Assembly: GCA_025061115.1 (NCBI GenBank)
Contig: JANZKC010000001.1
Coordinates: 512,001 to 576,000, forward strand
Origin: Candidatus Culexmicrobium cathedralense
Lineage (GTDB): Archaea > Thermoproteota > Methanomethylicia > Culexarchaeales > Culexmicrobiaceae
DNA: 64,000 nt
Direction: 5' to 3'
Part shown: positions 18,701 to 29,364 of the stretch, one piece after another
How the letters are laid out: each line of letters begins with the position of its first letter
How positions within the stretch are numbered: position 1 is the first letter of the stretch
Position numbers and translations under genes: made by a program
Notes under the pieces: model-generated
Seen by the model: only the letters and a program-made list of their open reading frames with translations
Databases searched by the model: none
What the model was told of the DNA's origin: nothing

Positions 18701-19905
18701 CCGGGGCCAATGTGCCCACGGCGGGTTTGAGCAATCACAAAGCGAAGCCCAGCATCTTCAAGCAATTTCTTTGCCCTTTTCATCTCTGCGAAGCTCGGCC
18801 ACGCAATATCCCTCCTCCTAAACTCAGGCCTGTAATCTAAGAGGCAAACTTGAACTCCCGGATCCATCCTGGATATCTCAACTCCAATGCTGAAGAGCTC
18901 ATCATCAGTCATCCAGGCCGGATTATAAGGTATGCCAATCCCCAAAAACACGCGATCCGAATACTCATCCAATATGTACTTCACTGCACTCCAGGCAGTC
19001 TTCAAGTAATACTCAGCTAAACGCCTATCCTCAATTCCAGTTACATTCATGAAAGTCTCCAACCTCAACGCCTTCAAGTCAGCCCCAATATCAGTAACTC
19101 CGAATTCAATCAAATCATCAACATAATCCCTAGTCAATAGGGATGTATTAGTATCCAAGTGAAGTCTAGCCTTTTCATCCGGATTCAACTGCTTAAGCTC
19201 CTTGAAAAACTCCAGCAGCCACCTCCTATTCAAAGTGGGCTCACCACCCGATATCGCCATCCTATCAACACCAAAAGTTCTCCTAAGCATGGAGAGCTTT
19301 TCAGCAGCCTCCCTCGGTGAAAGAGGACTGAAGTTATTCCCATAAGTTATAACCCAATTTTGACATTGAGGGCAGCGGAAATTGCAGCCGTGAGCAAAGC
19401 AGGCGACTTCAATATAGCTCCCCCTAACCTTCAAGTGCCAAGGAGTGCCAACGCCGCCAACCGAATGAGGGGTAAATCCGGAAACTATCCTCACAGGCTC
19501 AAAAAAGCCCTCCAAATCCACCTTCAATCCATCTCTAACAGGCGTGGTGCATAACTGCCTTGGAAACCCATTTACTAGAGCAGCACAAGCATAGCAGCCG
19601 CCAGTCTCACATGGAGCATAAATATCACCTCCACCAGGCAATTTAGAAAAGCTATAGCCCAACAGCTGGAGAGCCAGCTTCAACGTGATCCTCTCTGGAA
19701 CCTGAAACTTCTCGCCATTAACAACTATGGTAACATTCCGCCTCTCCGAAAAATCCCTAACCCGCATAATAGCCTCATTAGGGCAGCCTAAAAGGCAAAC
19801 TTGACAGTCCACGCATTGATCTCTTCCGGGGCAGTCGATATGCCAAGTGCAGAAGCCGCAGCTTTCACACCTATCATAATTCACTACGCACTTGTAAAAC
19901 TCCAA
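18697..19905 (-). CDS. Radical SAM protein (PFL-activase-like) with N-terminal 4Fe-4S ferredoxin and 2Fe-2S-like domains
   Basis: CESCGFC...CP...CVDCQVCLLGCP, then CETGGCYAC...C, radical SAM GCNFRCPQCQN, SGGEPT and LDTN. Confidence 0.88.
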   Translation of the reverse strand: MEFYKCVVNYDRCESCGFCTWHIDCPGRDQCVDCQVCLLGCPNEAIMRVRDFSERRNVTIVVNGEKFQVPERITLKLALQLLGYSFSKLPGGGDIYAPCETGGCYACAALVNGFPRQLCTTPVRDGLKVDLEGFFEPVRIVSGFTPHSVGGVGTPWHLKVRGSYIEVACFAHGCNFRCPQCQNWVITYGNNFSPLSPREAAEKLSMLRRTFGVDRMAISGGEPTLNRRWLLEFFKELKQLNPDEKARLHLDTNTSLLTRDYVDDLIEFGVTDIGADLKALRLETFMNVTGIEDRRLAEYYLKTAWSAVKYILDEYSDRVFLGIGIPYNPAWMTDDELFSIGVEISRMDPGVQVCLLDYRPEFRRRDIAWPSFAEMKRAKKLLEDAGLRFVIAQTRRGHIGPG

Positions 19906-20005
19906 TCCAGCTCACCTAAACTCAATAATAATGTCCGCTTGCAGACCAATGAACTTGACGGCGGGACCTTTATAAATAAGTAAAAAGGGTAAGAGCCATG
20001 AGATT

Positions 20006-23000
20006 ATGAGAGAAAGGCTACATGCAGTGTTCAAGGAAGGATGCCCAAACTGCGGGGGAGAAATAGCAGATATAAGGCTTAAAAACAAGCTGCCATGCAG
20101 GTTTTGCATCCCCCTACCCGACGACGGGTTGATAGAAAAAATATCCAAGTTAAATGAAGTTGAAAGGCTCAAGTTCATCTTGAACCTACTTAAAAAGTTC
20201 AAGACCCTAAAGAATTATGGAAGCCTAGCTGCGCTGGAGGAGGAAGTTGCATCAGTAAATGAGCTATTTGAAAGGGCAACTGGAAGTAGGCTTTGGAGCG
20301 CGCAGAGAACGTGGTGTAGGAGAGCTTTAAGCGGGAAAAGCTTCGCGATAATCGCACCCACGGGCATGGGGAAAACCGTATTTGGAATAATTCTCTCAAT
20401 CTACTTCGCTTCGAAAGGGAAGAAGGCCTACATCCTCCTCCCCACATCGCTACTAGCCTACCAAGTTTCCTCCAAAGTTAAGAACTTCATAGAAAAATTA
20501 AAGTTAAACATCAAGGCGGTGGAGTACCACTCAATACTAACTAGAAGCAAAGCTAGAAAAGCACTTGAAGAAATAGCTGAAGGAGATTACGACATATTAA
20601 TAACAACCTCATACTTCCTGCCAAGGCACTTCGAAAAAATATCCAAGCAAAAATTCGACTTGATATTCGTAGACGACGTAGACTCGTTCATGAGAACATC
20701 AAAAAACGTCGACAAAGTCCTAGTTCTCCTAGGATTAAAGCAAGAAATCATAGAGCTTGGATTTCAAGCAATGAACTTGAGATCAAAGCTCAGAAAGCTT
20801 CTTAGAATGAGAAGAGCTCGCCAGGAAGACCTTAACCTGGTAAGGGAAGAGCTAATTAAAGTTGAAAATGAAATTGAAGATTACAAGAAAAATGAAAAAA
20901 TCGGATTACTCATAGTTTCAGGAGCATCCATAAGGACTAGAAGAACCAAGCGAGTCAAGCTGTTCAAGGAACTGCTCGGATTCGAGCTAGGAGGAAAAGC
21001 TGAAGGAATTAGGAACATAATTGACATGCACGTTAAGGCGGAAAGAGTCTTAGACAAAGTAGTGGAGCTAGTGAAAGAGCTCGGCGGAGGAGGACTAGTA
21101 TTTGTGCCAATGGACAAGGGAGCAGCCTACGTCAAAAGGGTGGCTGAAGCACTTGAAGCACAAGGCGTGAAGGCAGCCACCTATGAGAGAGCCAGAGGCA
21201 AAATCCTAGAAAGGTACAGGGCCGGAGAGTACGATGTGCTTGTCGGAATAGCGTCCTATAGAAGTCCACTGGCAAGAGGAATAGACCTACCTGAAAGAGT
21301 GAGATATGCAATTTTCGCCGGAGTGCCGAAGATAAAGATAAGCCTAGACATAGATGAGTTTAGGCCGTCAAAGGCAATAATACTTCTAGCAAATTTAAGG
21401 GACTTCGTTGAAACGCAAAGGGAAGTAGACTCAATAGACAAGTACATCGCAGATCTAAGAAGATTTTCAGGAATGCTGAGAAGAGATGAAATTGAAAAGA
21501 TAGTGGAGAGCATAAAGGCAGGCGAAAAGCTAGAAGGATTCCTTGGAAGAGTTCAGCAGCTATTCATGGAGGTCATAAGGTTCCTGCGAAGCTTATTAAG
21601 CAGAGATGACATTAGGAGGAAAATAAGGGAAAGCCCATACTTAACAATGGAAGGCGAATCAAAGCCAGTAATAGTCGTGCCAGATGCAGTTGGATTCCTG
21701 CAAGCTTCAGGTAGAACTTCAAGAATGTATGCAGGAGGAGTCTCCAAGGGGCTAGCGATAATAGTCATAGACAACGAAAAGGCGTTCAACGGGCTAGTAA
21801 GGGAGCTTAAATGGTACGTAGAGGACGTGAAGTTCACGGAGCTAACTCCAGAAAAACTCAGAAAGGCAATTCGCAAAGTCGATGAGGATAGGGAGATAAT
21901 AAGAAAGCTCCGCGAAGGCAGAGTACTGCCAGAATTCAAAGACGTTGTCAAGACAGCGCTACTAGTAGTAGAATCCCCAAGCAAAGCCCGAACAATAGCA
22001 AGATTCTTCGGAAAGCCATTTAAGAGGGAAATCAATGGAGTAACGATCTTCGAAATAAGCACTGGAGACTACATACTAAGCATAACTGCAAGCAAGGGCC
22101 ACATCTTCGACCTCGTAACCAAGGAGGGATTCCACGGAGTAAAACCAATAAATGGAACATTCATCCCAGTATACTCAACCATCAAGAGATGCAAGTTATG
22201 CAACGAGCAGTTCTCAGACCCAATCGATAAGTGCCCATTCTGCGGAGGACCGCTAGAAGACAAGGGCAAAGTAGTTCAAGTCCTAAGGGACATAGCCAGA
22301 GAGGTTGACATGCTCCTAATAGGAACGGATGCTGACGCTGAAGGAGAAAAAATTGGGTGGGACATAGCTCAAGCACTATCCCCATACACTGGAGAAATCA
22401 AGAGAATAGAGTTCCACGAAGTAACTAGAAGAGCGCTAATTGAAGCGCTTAGAAAACCAAGAGACATCAACATAAGGCTAGTTGAAGCACAAATACTGAG
22501 GAGAATAGAAGACAGGTGGATAGGATTCGAGCTAAGCGGAAAAGTTCAGGGCAAATTCAAGAGAAGAGACCTTTCGGCAGGAAGAGTGCAAACACCAGTG
22601 CTAGGATGGATAGTGGAGAGAACCGAAAAGTCCAAAAAAAGCCTAATGGAGCACCTCGAAATCACCCTGGAAAACGGGCTTAAGGTAACCCACATCATCC
22701 CAAAAATGAGGAAAAAGGAGCTAAACAAGCTAATCGAAAAAATTCGGAAATCCACATGTAAAGTGCTGAGCGTCAAACGCGAAGAAGTGGAAGTAAATCC
22801 CCCACCACCATTCTCGACAGATGAAATGCTCAGGGAAGCATCGAGAAGACTGAGGTTAGGAGTTAAGGAAGCCATGGCCCTAGCTCAAGACCTATTCGAA
22901 GTAGGCCTCATAACGTACCACAGAACCGACAGCATCAGAGTATCGGGAATAGGAATGAAGATAGCTAAAGACTACATAACCGACAAGTGGGGAGAAAAAT

Positions 23001-23695
23001 ACGCAAAGCCAAGAGCGTGGGGAAAGGAAGGAGCGCACGAGTGCATTAGGCCTACAAGGCCCATAGACGCTGGAAGACTCAAAAACCTAATAGCCCTAGG
23101 AATAATTAGGCTAGCTAAGAGACTCACCCCCAAGCACCTCGCCCTATACAATCTAATATTCAACAGATTCATAGCCAGCCAAATGGCCCCAGCAAAGATG
23201 GTTAAGCAAGAAGCTGAAATCAAGATCTTAAACTGGAAATTGAAGTCCGAGGGGTACACTAAGGTGATAGAGGCAGGATTCACTCTAATTCGGCCACCCC
23301 AGCTAATTCCAGAGCTAAAGCCAAGCAAGCTGAAAGTGGATAAAGTTAGGCACTGGAGAGCTCCAACACTACCTCTATTCACGGAGGGCGAAGTGATCAA
23401 GCTAATGAAGGATAGAGGCATTGGAAGGCCCTCAACGTACGCTAAAATACTCTCAACCCTACTGGAGAGGAGATACGTGATATTAACGCCGAGAAGAAAG
23501 CTCGTTGCAACCAAGCTTGGAAAAACAGTTTACGAATACCTGAAAAGATCATTCGAGAAGTATGTCTCGGAGGACACGACGAGGAAGCTTGAAAGAATGA
23601 TGGACGAAGTGGAGCATGGAGAAATAGATTACATGAAAGTACTGAAGGAGCTACACAGCGAAATCAAGCAAATAGCCATATCAACGCACGACTAG
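20006..23695 (+). CDS. rgy: Reverse gyrase
   Basis: N-terminal Zn finger CPNCGG...C..C, APTGMGKT, DDVD, QASGRTSR, VESPSKA, second Zn finger, SAGRVQTP, ITYHRTDS and GIGRPSTY. Confidence 0.97.
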   Translation: MRERLHAVFKEGCPNCGGEIADIRLKNKLPCRFCIPLPDDGLIEKISKLNEVERLKFILNLLKKFKTLKNYGSLAALEEEVASVNELFERATGSRLWSAQRTWCRRALSGKSFAIIAPTGMGKTVFGIILSIYFASKGKKAYILLPTSLLAYQVSSKVKNFIEKLKLNIKAVEYHSILTRSKARKALEEIAEGDYDILITTSYFLPRHFEKISKQKFDLIFVDDVDSFMRTSKNVDKVLVLLGLKQEIIELGFQAMNLRSKLRKLLRMRRARQEDLNLVREELIKVENEIEDYKKNEKIGLLIVSGASIRTRRTKRVKLFKELLGFELGGKAEGIRNIIDMHVKAERVLDKVVELVKELGGGGLVFVPMDKGAAYVKRVAEALEAQGVKAATYERARGKILERYRAGEYDVLVGIASYRSPLARGIDLPERVRYAIFAGVPKIKISLDIDEFRPSKAIILLANLRDFVETQREVDSIDKYIADLRRFSGMLRRDEIEKIVESIKAGEKLEGFLGRVQQLFMEVIRFLRSLLSRDDIRRKIRESPYLTMEGESKPVIVVPDAVGFLQASGRTSRMYAGGVSKGLAIIVIDNEKAFNGLVRELKWYVEDVKFTELTPEKLRKAIRKVDEDREIIRKLREGRVLPEFKDVVKTALLVVESPSKARTIARFFGKPFKREINGVTIFEISTGDYILSITASKGHIFDLVTKEGFHGVKPINGTFIPVYSTIKRCKLCNEQFSDPIDKCPFCGGPLEDKGKVVQVLRDIAREVDMLLIGTDADAEGEKIGWDIAQALSPYTGEIKRIEFHEVTRRALIEALRKPRDINIRLVEAQILRRIEDRWIGFELSGKVQGKFKRRDLSAGRVQTPVLGWIVERTEKSKKSLMEHLEITLENGLKVTHIIPKMRKKELNKLIEKIRKSTCKVLSVKREEVEVNPPPPFSTDEMLREASRRLRLGVKEAMALAQDLFEVGLITYHRTDSIRVSGIGMKIAKDYITDKWGEKYAKPRAWGKEGAHECIRPTRPIDAGRLKNLIALGIIRLAKRLTPKHLALYNLIFNRFIASQMAPAKMVKQEAEIKILNWKLKSEGYTKVIEAGFTLIRPPQLIPELKPSKLKVDKVRHWRAPTLPLFTEGEVIKLMKDRGIGRPSTYAKILSTLLERRYVILTPRRKLVATKLGKTVYEYLKRSFEKYVSEDTTRKLERMMDEVEHGEIDYMKVLKELHSEIKQIAISTHD

Positions 23696-24501
23696 CGCTT
23701 ACCGCCTAGAAATCTAGTTAACTTGTAGTCCTTAGACCTGGATTCAACAACCTTCGCGCAAATTTTAGGGTCAAGCCTCTTAAACTCCAATCCAAGAGAC
23801 TTAAGCATAGCCAAAACCCCTCTATGAAGGCCTGGAGCAGTCAGAATCCCCCTAACCTCCCTAAACGGGCTCCTCCTCCTAATCTCCTCAACATACCTGG
23901 CAAGCTGGATAACTGCATCCTTATCTGCAGGCCTGCGCTTCAACTCGACGACGACAAATCTGCCAGCGGAATCTATGCCGTACAGGTCTATGAAGCCCGG
24001 CTCAACAGGCTTCTCATAACTTATAACCTTAAATCCCTCCTCAAGCAAGCTCGGCTTAAGCACGATCGCCCTCTGCATATCATGCTCAGAAGCGTAAAGA
24101 GCAAATTCACCCTCATCAACCAAATCCAAAGCCGACGAGAAGTATACGGCTTTAAAGAAGACGTCAACCACCTCGTGCGGGCTCTTTCTAACAGCTCTAA
24201 TTCTCAACAATCCATCCTTGGTCAAGTCTACGTGAAAAATGCAGCCTGGAGGCTGCCAATTAACGGGGCTCACATCCCAAGGCCTGTGAACTTGAATCGA
24301 CCCATCAACCTTCAAGATAACTATCCTTTCACCAAAATCCAAGGTCGAGGAGGCTCTACCCTTATAATCAACTCGGCACAACCCCACAATTAAAGCAACC
24401 TTCCTACGCTCAATAGCACTCCTAATGAAAACGACGGCTTCACCCAAGGGCGGGTCGATAATAACCTCAGCAGGGCTCCTCTTGCTCGGCAATTCAATCA
24501 C
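23692..24501 (-). CDS. nucS: Endonuclease NucS/EndoMS
   Basis: C.VDY.GRA.S.L, K.DGS..VH, PVNWQPPG, IDLYG.D, VVVELKR and QLARYV. Confidence 0.93.
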   Translation of the reverse strand: MIELPSKRSPAEVIIDPPLGEAVVFIRSAIERRKVALIVGLCRVDYKGRASSTLDFGERIVILKVDGSIQVHRPWDVSPVNWQPPGCIFHVDLTKDGLLRIRAVRKSPHEVVDVFFKAVYFSSALDLVDEGEFALYASEHDMQRAIVLKPSLLEEGFKVISYEKPVEPGFIDLYGIDSAGRFVVVELKRRPADKDAVIQLARYVEEIRRRSPFREVRGILTAPGLHRGVLAMLKSLGLEFKRLDPKICAKVVESRSKDYKLTRFLGGKR

Positions 24502-24549
24502 GACTAAATATCTAGATCATAGAAATTTAAAGGTGGAGGCTGCCAATCG

Positions 24550-25146
24550 ATGATTAAAAGGCAGGTAAAAGTCAAGTACGACACGACCGCCCCATCCTAC
24601 GACGAGCTATACGGCGAAGAGCAGAAGAGAAAGTACAATGCTATTTTCAAGGAATTCGGCAGCATAAAGGGCAAGAAGGTGCTGGATGCTGGCTGCGGAA
24701 CAGGCATCCTAATGGAGCAAATATCCCCTAAGTGCAATTACGTAGTTGGAGTCGACATATCCAGTGGAATGCTCAAAATAGCTAAAAGGAAATTAAAGGG
24801 AAAAGCAAATGCGTCACTAATATTAGCGGATGTAGAGAACCTTCCAGTCAAAAGACGGCAATTCGACCTCGCACTAGCAATAACACTAATACAGAACACT
24901 CCAAACCCCCAAAGGGCCCTAAAGGAACTGAGGGAAGCCCTAAGTGAGAATGGAACGCTAATATTCACTGGCATGAAAAAGCTCTTCACACCAAACAGCC
25001 TAAAAAAGCTCGCAGCTCAATCTCAGCTCAAAATAATGAAGCTGATAAATGAAAAGGGAGTTGCAGATGTAATCTGCATATGCAAAAGCACTTCAGGCGA
25101 GGTTGAAAGCCACATTAGCCTAGAAGCCCACTTAAATCACCATTAG
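24550..25146 (+). CDS. Class I SAM-dependent methyltransferase
   Basis: VLDAGCGTG, GVDIS..ML and ADVENLP. Confidence 0.9.
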   Translation: MIKRQVKVKYDTTAPSYDELYGEEQKRKYNAIFKEFGSIKGKKVLDAGCGTGILMEQISPKCNYVVGVDISSGMLKIAKRKLKGKANASLILADVENLPVKRRQFDLALAITLIQNTPNPQRALKELREALSENGTLIFTGMKKLFTPNSLKKLAAQSQLKIMKLINEKGVADVICICKSTSGEVESHISLEAHLNHH

Positions 25147-26280
25147 CTCTATCGGGTACTCATCCAACACTTCAGCACCATCATCCGTCACCACCACATC
25201 ACGCTCAACTCTAACTCCACCAACCTCTGGAACGTATATTCCCGGCTCAACAGTAACGACCATCCCAGGCTTAAGCACAGTTTTATCAGTCGAAGACAAC
25301 CTGGGAGATTCATGAACGCTCAGCCCAATCCCATGGCCAGTTGAGTGGATGAAGTATTCCCCGAATCCAGCATCAACAATAACTTTCCTGGCAGCCCTAT
25401 CAACTTCGGCACAAGAGACCCCAGGCCTAATCGATGAAATTGCAGCTTCAAGCGCTTCAACGACCACCTCATACATTCTCAGCTGCTTACTTGAGGGGTA
25501 GCCTACAACCGCCACTCGAGTCAAGTCGCCATAATACCAATTGCAAGCCGCTACGAAATCGAGCACCACAAGCTCTCCACGGCCAATCGCCTTGGAGGAC
25601 GCCCTGCCATGAGGCAAGGCCGATCGAAATCCCGAAGCCACAATCGGCATCTTAAAAACTCCAGTACCTCCGGAGGCAATCATAACTTTGAGAGCCTCAG
25701 CAGCAACCTCCACTTCAGTAACTCCAGCTTTAATCACGTCAGCTGCAGCACTAAAAGCCCTGGAAATTATCTTCGTAGCTCTCCTAATATTCTCAACTTC
25801 AAGCTCATCCTTCACTTGCCTAAACCCCAACACTAAACCTGAAACATCCCTAAACTCGGCCTCAGGCAGCTTCCTAAAAAGCCTCTCAGAAAAGCTCCTA
25901 GACAAGTGATCAGCTTCAAAGCCTATGACTGACGATGAAAAGCCATGCTCAGAAATTACTTGACATACCGCATCGAGGAGGCTTGAGCTCCTAAAAACCT
26001 GCGGCGGCGGATTAGAAACATCGTACGGCAGGTACGCTAAAACCTCATCAGACCAAGTCTCAGCTTTCGCTCGCTCATACTCCAGAAATGAACACACGGT
26101 TACAACTTTCCCCTCGGAAGTCAGAAGCGCAGCTGCGTAGTCTATTAGGTTTCCAGCTACGTAGCATAGATTTTCATTCGAAAAGAAGACTGCAACATCA
26201 ACACCGAAGTCCTTCATCGCATTTGCCAAGCGCTTAATTCTCGCAGGCTTCTCCACCCAAATCACCGCGAACAGTATCAA
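25132..26280 (-). CDS. Xaa-Pro aminopeptidase/prolidase (M24B)
   Basis: PHG, LDF...Y.GDLTR, HSTGHGIGLSVHE, TVEPGIY and GGVRVE. The true start is probably a few codons downstream. Confidence 0.9.
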   Translation of the reverse strand: MILFAVIWVEKPARIKRLANAMKDFGVDVAVFFSNENLCYVAGNLIDYAAALLTSEGKVVTVCSFLEYERAKAETWSDEVLAYLPYDVSNPPPQVFRSSSLLDAVCQVISEHGFSSSVIGFEADHLSRSFSERLFRKLPEAEFRDVSGLVLGFRQVKDELEVENIRRATKIISRAFSAAADVIKAGVTEVEVAAEALKVMIASGGTGVFKMPIVASGFRSALPHGRASSKAIGRGELVVLDFVAACNWYYGDLTRVAVVGYPSSKQLRMYEVVVEALEAAISSIRPGVSCAEVDRAARKVIVDAGFGEYFIHSTGHGIGLSVHESPRLSSTDKTVLKPGMVVTVEPGIYVPEVGGVRVERDVVVTDDGAEVLDEYPIELMVI

Positions 26281-26282
26281 GC

Positions 26283-27125
26283 TTAAGCTAGTAAATTCTT
26301 TTGCGCCCGAAATTCAACTTCAAATACTTGGAAGCCCAAAGAAAGAAGCTCACTGACGATCACATCGTGCTCAGCATCAACTGAAATGTAGATTTCCTTT
26401 AAGCCATGTTTCTTAGATTCATCTCTCAAAGCGCCGACCAACTCGCGCGCGGCCAAAGCATCATTAACATCTCTCACCGCCGCATAATCAACGTAAAGGT
26501 CACCCTCATCAACGCTGTATTCTAAGTAGCAGGCAATTCCATCATCATCGTAAATGGAAAGAGGCTTACCTCCAACCTCTCCATTCAATTTGCTGTCAAA
26601 CTGCCACGTCAACTCATTCCACCAAACCAGCGGCTTTAACTCGCCAATAAGCCTCGAATCACCCCCACATACGCGCCTGAAGCTTGATGCTTGAACGCAA
26701 ACCCTTAACCTACTAACTTCAGCCTTCAAGTTAAAAGTAAAATTAGTAACGGTGTAGCCTCTCTTCAAGTAGAAGTTCAAGGCGCCAACATCCCCTGACT
26801 TAACGCTAAGCTCAACAACCTTAGCGCCTCGCTTCAACAGCTCCTGCTCAGCACTCTTCAGCAAAGCCGACCCAACACCTCTACCTCTAAATGCAGGGTG
26901 AACAGCCAACTCATCAATGTATCCAGTGGACGAGGCGCAGGAATACGCTATTACGTAGCCAGCAACTTCATTTTCAACTTTCGCAATGAGAACTAACGCT
27001 CCTGGCTGCTTCCTCCTATTAAGCTGCACCAGCCTTCGATACCACTGCTCGCCCTCTTCATCAATAAATGGCGCTGACCTCCTCTGAATTTCCAGCAGAT
27101 AAGGAACTTCACTGGGCTCTGCCAA
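26283..27125 (-). CDS. GNAT family acetyltransferase (tandem domain)
   Basis: IDELAVHPAFRGRGVGSALL and ALNFYLKRGY, followed by a degenerate second GNAT-like half. Confidence 0.85.
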   Translation of the reverse strand: MAEPSEVPYLLEIQRRSAPFIDEEGEQWYRRLVQLNRRKQPGALVLIAKVENEVAGYVIAYSCASSTGYIDELAVHPAFRGRGVGSALLKSAEQELLKRGAKVVELSVKSGDVGALNFYLKRGYTVTNFTFNLKAEVSRLRVCVQASSFRRVCGGDSRLIGELKPLVWWNELTWQFDSKLNGEVGGKPLSIYDDDGIACYLEYSVDEGDLYVDYAAVRDVNDALAARELVGALRDESKKHGLKEIYISVDAEHDVIVSELLSLGFQVFEVEFRAQKNLLA

Positions 27126-27363
27126 TCCAATTAAAATGCGCTTAAAACCACCATTAAATTGCGTTAGTCAAGAAATCATAGCTCCCGCCAGCATTTAACC
27201 CGCTAAATCGACACCTAAGCTAGACTGATAGTCCAGACGGCAGTATTTAAGTGCTGCGCTCATCATCCAAACTCCAGAAAGTTAGAAGCCGCAAGTAAAT
27301 GGAAAATTATAAATAATCATGCGCTAAGCTAATTGACGAGTTAAGCAAAAGCGAGGGAAAAGC

Positions 27364-27600
27364 TTGAGAAGCCAGCTACCCCTAAGACTGTTGAACCGCG
27401 CTGTAAATAGCAGGGTTCACGTAAAATTGAAGAGCGGGCACGAATATGCGGGAATTCTAGAAAGGTGCGATAACTGCATGAACCTAATATTAGTAGAGGC
27501 AGAGGAACTCAACAACGGAGACCCAGTTGCAAGATACGGAAAAATATTGATTAGAGGAAACAACATCCTCTACATAAGGCTTGAAATGCCCATAGTTTAA
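27364..27600 (+). CDS. Sm-like archaeal protein (Lsm/SmAP)
   Basis: Sm1 VKLKSG.EY.G.L..CD..MNL.L and Sm2 ILIRGNNILYI. Confidence 0.93.
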   Translation: MRSQLPLRLLNRAVNSRVHVKLKSGHEYAGILERCDNCMNLILVEAEELNNGDPVARYGKILIRGNNILYIRLEMPIV

Positions 27601-27610
27601 GCCTACCGAC

Positions 27611-28039
27611 CTACAGAGCCTCAGCCACCTCAGTTATAATTCCCTCAATCGGAAGCCCATACTTGCTAAGCTTATTCTCAACCACAGGTCTCACTACATC
27701 ATAGTAATTACTGTAAACGCACCACAACTCCACTCTATCCAACTTCTGGCAGCCAACAAGGTACTTTACCCGCTCCCCTAAAACATCACTCTCAATCTCC
27801 ACCACGCCGTCCTCAGGAAAACCCTCAGGCTTAAACTCGTAAATGTCACATGAAGGGTACTCGTCGCTCTCGGAGGAGTACTCGTATATGACAAGGCCAT
27901 CGGTAAATCTCACAGTCACAGTTCTATTGTAAAAATCGACTATGAACCATATTGCATCAGGCTTAAACCTTTCAAGCATCTCCTCACACTTACTCCAACT
28001 AGCAATCGACGCAAGCAGCATATACATCTCCCATAACAT
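27611..28039 (-). CDS. Hypothetical acidic protein
   Basis: 142-aa ORF with upstream AGGT; no recognisable motif. Confidence 0.6.
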   Translation of the reverse strand: MLWEMYMLLASIASWSKCEEMLERFKPDAIWFIVDFYNRTVTVRFTDGLVIYEYSSESDEYPSCDIYEFKPEGFPEDGVVEIESDVLGERVKYLVGCQKLDRVELWCVYSNYYDVVRPVVENKLSKYGLPIEGIITEVAEAL

Positions 28040-28143
28040 TTACTTACCTAATTCAAACTTAAAACAATTGGCATTCAAGCGAATGACAAACCTTAAATTC
28101 ATAACTTATAAGGTTAAGCTTCAGAAAAGTAGGTGTGCAAAAA

Positions 28144-29364
28144 ATGGACAAAAAAGGGCGCATAAATATCGAATTGCTATGTCAAAAGCCAGTTGAGGAG
28201 CTTAATACGGAAATCGTTGAGAGGAAGGGGCTTGGACATCCCGACTACATTGCAGATGCATCGGCTGAAAGCGTAAGCTTAGCTCTCTCACAATACTACT
28301 TAAAGGAGTTTGGAACGATACTCCACCACAATGTCGATAAGGGATTGGTGGTAGGGGGGAGAGCAAGCCCATCATTTGGGGGAGGCTACGTCGAGGAACC
28401 AATATACGTGATAATTGCCGGCAGAGCGGCAAACGAAGTAATCAAGGAAAAGGAGATAACGAGGATACCTGTAGGATGCATTGCAGTAAACGCCATTAGG
28501 CAATTCATCAAGGAAAACTTTAGATTCCTCGATCCAGACGAGCACATGATAATAGACTACAAGATAAGGCCAGGGTCAGTGGATTTAGTGAGCATTTTCC
28601 AGTTTGGCAGAAAAATGCCATTAGCCAACGACACCTCCTTCGGCGTATGCTTCGCCCCACTAACCCAAACGGAAAGACTCGTTCTCGAAACCGAGAAGTA
28701 TCTAAATTCGAAGGAGCTGAAGAAGGAGCTGCCGGAGGTAGGCGAAGACATAAAGGTCATGGGCCTCCGAAGGGATAAGGAGATAGAGCTAACAATAGCT
28801 GCAGCCATGATAAGCAAGTTAATTCCAGACTTGGATCACTACATGAGCGTGAAGGAAGAAGTGAAAAGGAGAATTGAGGACTTAGCTGCAAAAATCACCG
28901 ACTACCCAGTTAACGTTAAAGTTAATGCAGCCGACAAGCCCGATAAAGGCATCATCTACATAACCGTAACCGGAACTTCAGCTGAAAGTGGAGATGACGG
29001 AAACACAGGCAGAGGAAACAGGGTTAATGGCCTAATAACTCCATGCAGGCCGATGTCCATGGAGGCAACCGCAGGCAAAAACCCAGTCAGCCATGTAGGC
29101 AAAATATACAACGTAATGGCCAAAATCCTAGCCAACAAAATATACGAAGAAGTCAATGGAATCAAGGAAGTATACGTGAAAATTTTGGGGCAAATAGGCA
29201 GGCCAATAGATGACCCCCTACACGTAGATGTGCAAATGATACTCCAACCCGGGTACAGCTTATCATCAGTGAGGGGAGATGTGGAAGGCATAGTGGATGA
29301 AGAAATGGCCAACGTAACTAAAATCACAGAGCTAGTACTCCAGCGCAAAGTCGAGATCTTTTAG
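28144..29364 (+). CDS. mat: Archaeal S-adenosylmethionine synthetase
   Basis: [46 protein letters not shown] and [13 protein letters not shown]. Confidence 0.96.
   Translation: MDKKGRINIELLCQKPVEELNTEIVERKGLGHPDYIADASAESVSLALSQYYLKEFGTILHHNVDKGLVVGGRASPSFGGGYVEEPIYVIIAGRAANEVIKEKEITRIPVGCIAVNAIRQFIKENFRFLDPDEHMIIDYKIRPGSVDLVSIFQFGRKMPLANDTSFGVCFAPLTQTERLVLETEKYLNSKELKKELPEVGEDIKVMGLRRDKEIELTIAAAMISKLIPDLDHYMSVKEEVKRRIEDLAAKITDYPVNVKVNAADKPDKGIIYITVTGTSAESGDDGNTGRGNRVNGLITPCRPMSMEATAGKNPVSHVGKIYNVMAKILANKIYEEVNGIKEVYVKILGQIGRPIDDPLHVDVQMILQPGYSLSSVRGDVEGIVDEEMANVTKITELVLQRKVEIF

Noticed and set aside
27260-27266. C/D sRNA starting at this ATGATGA
   Set aside because: No D', C' or D boxes at the proper spacing; kept only as a low-interest structured region.
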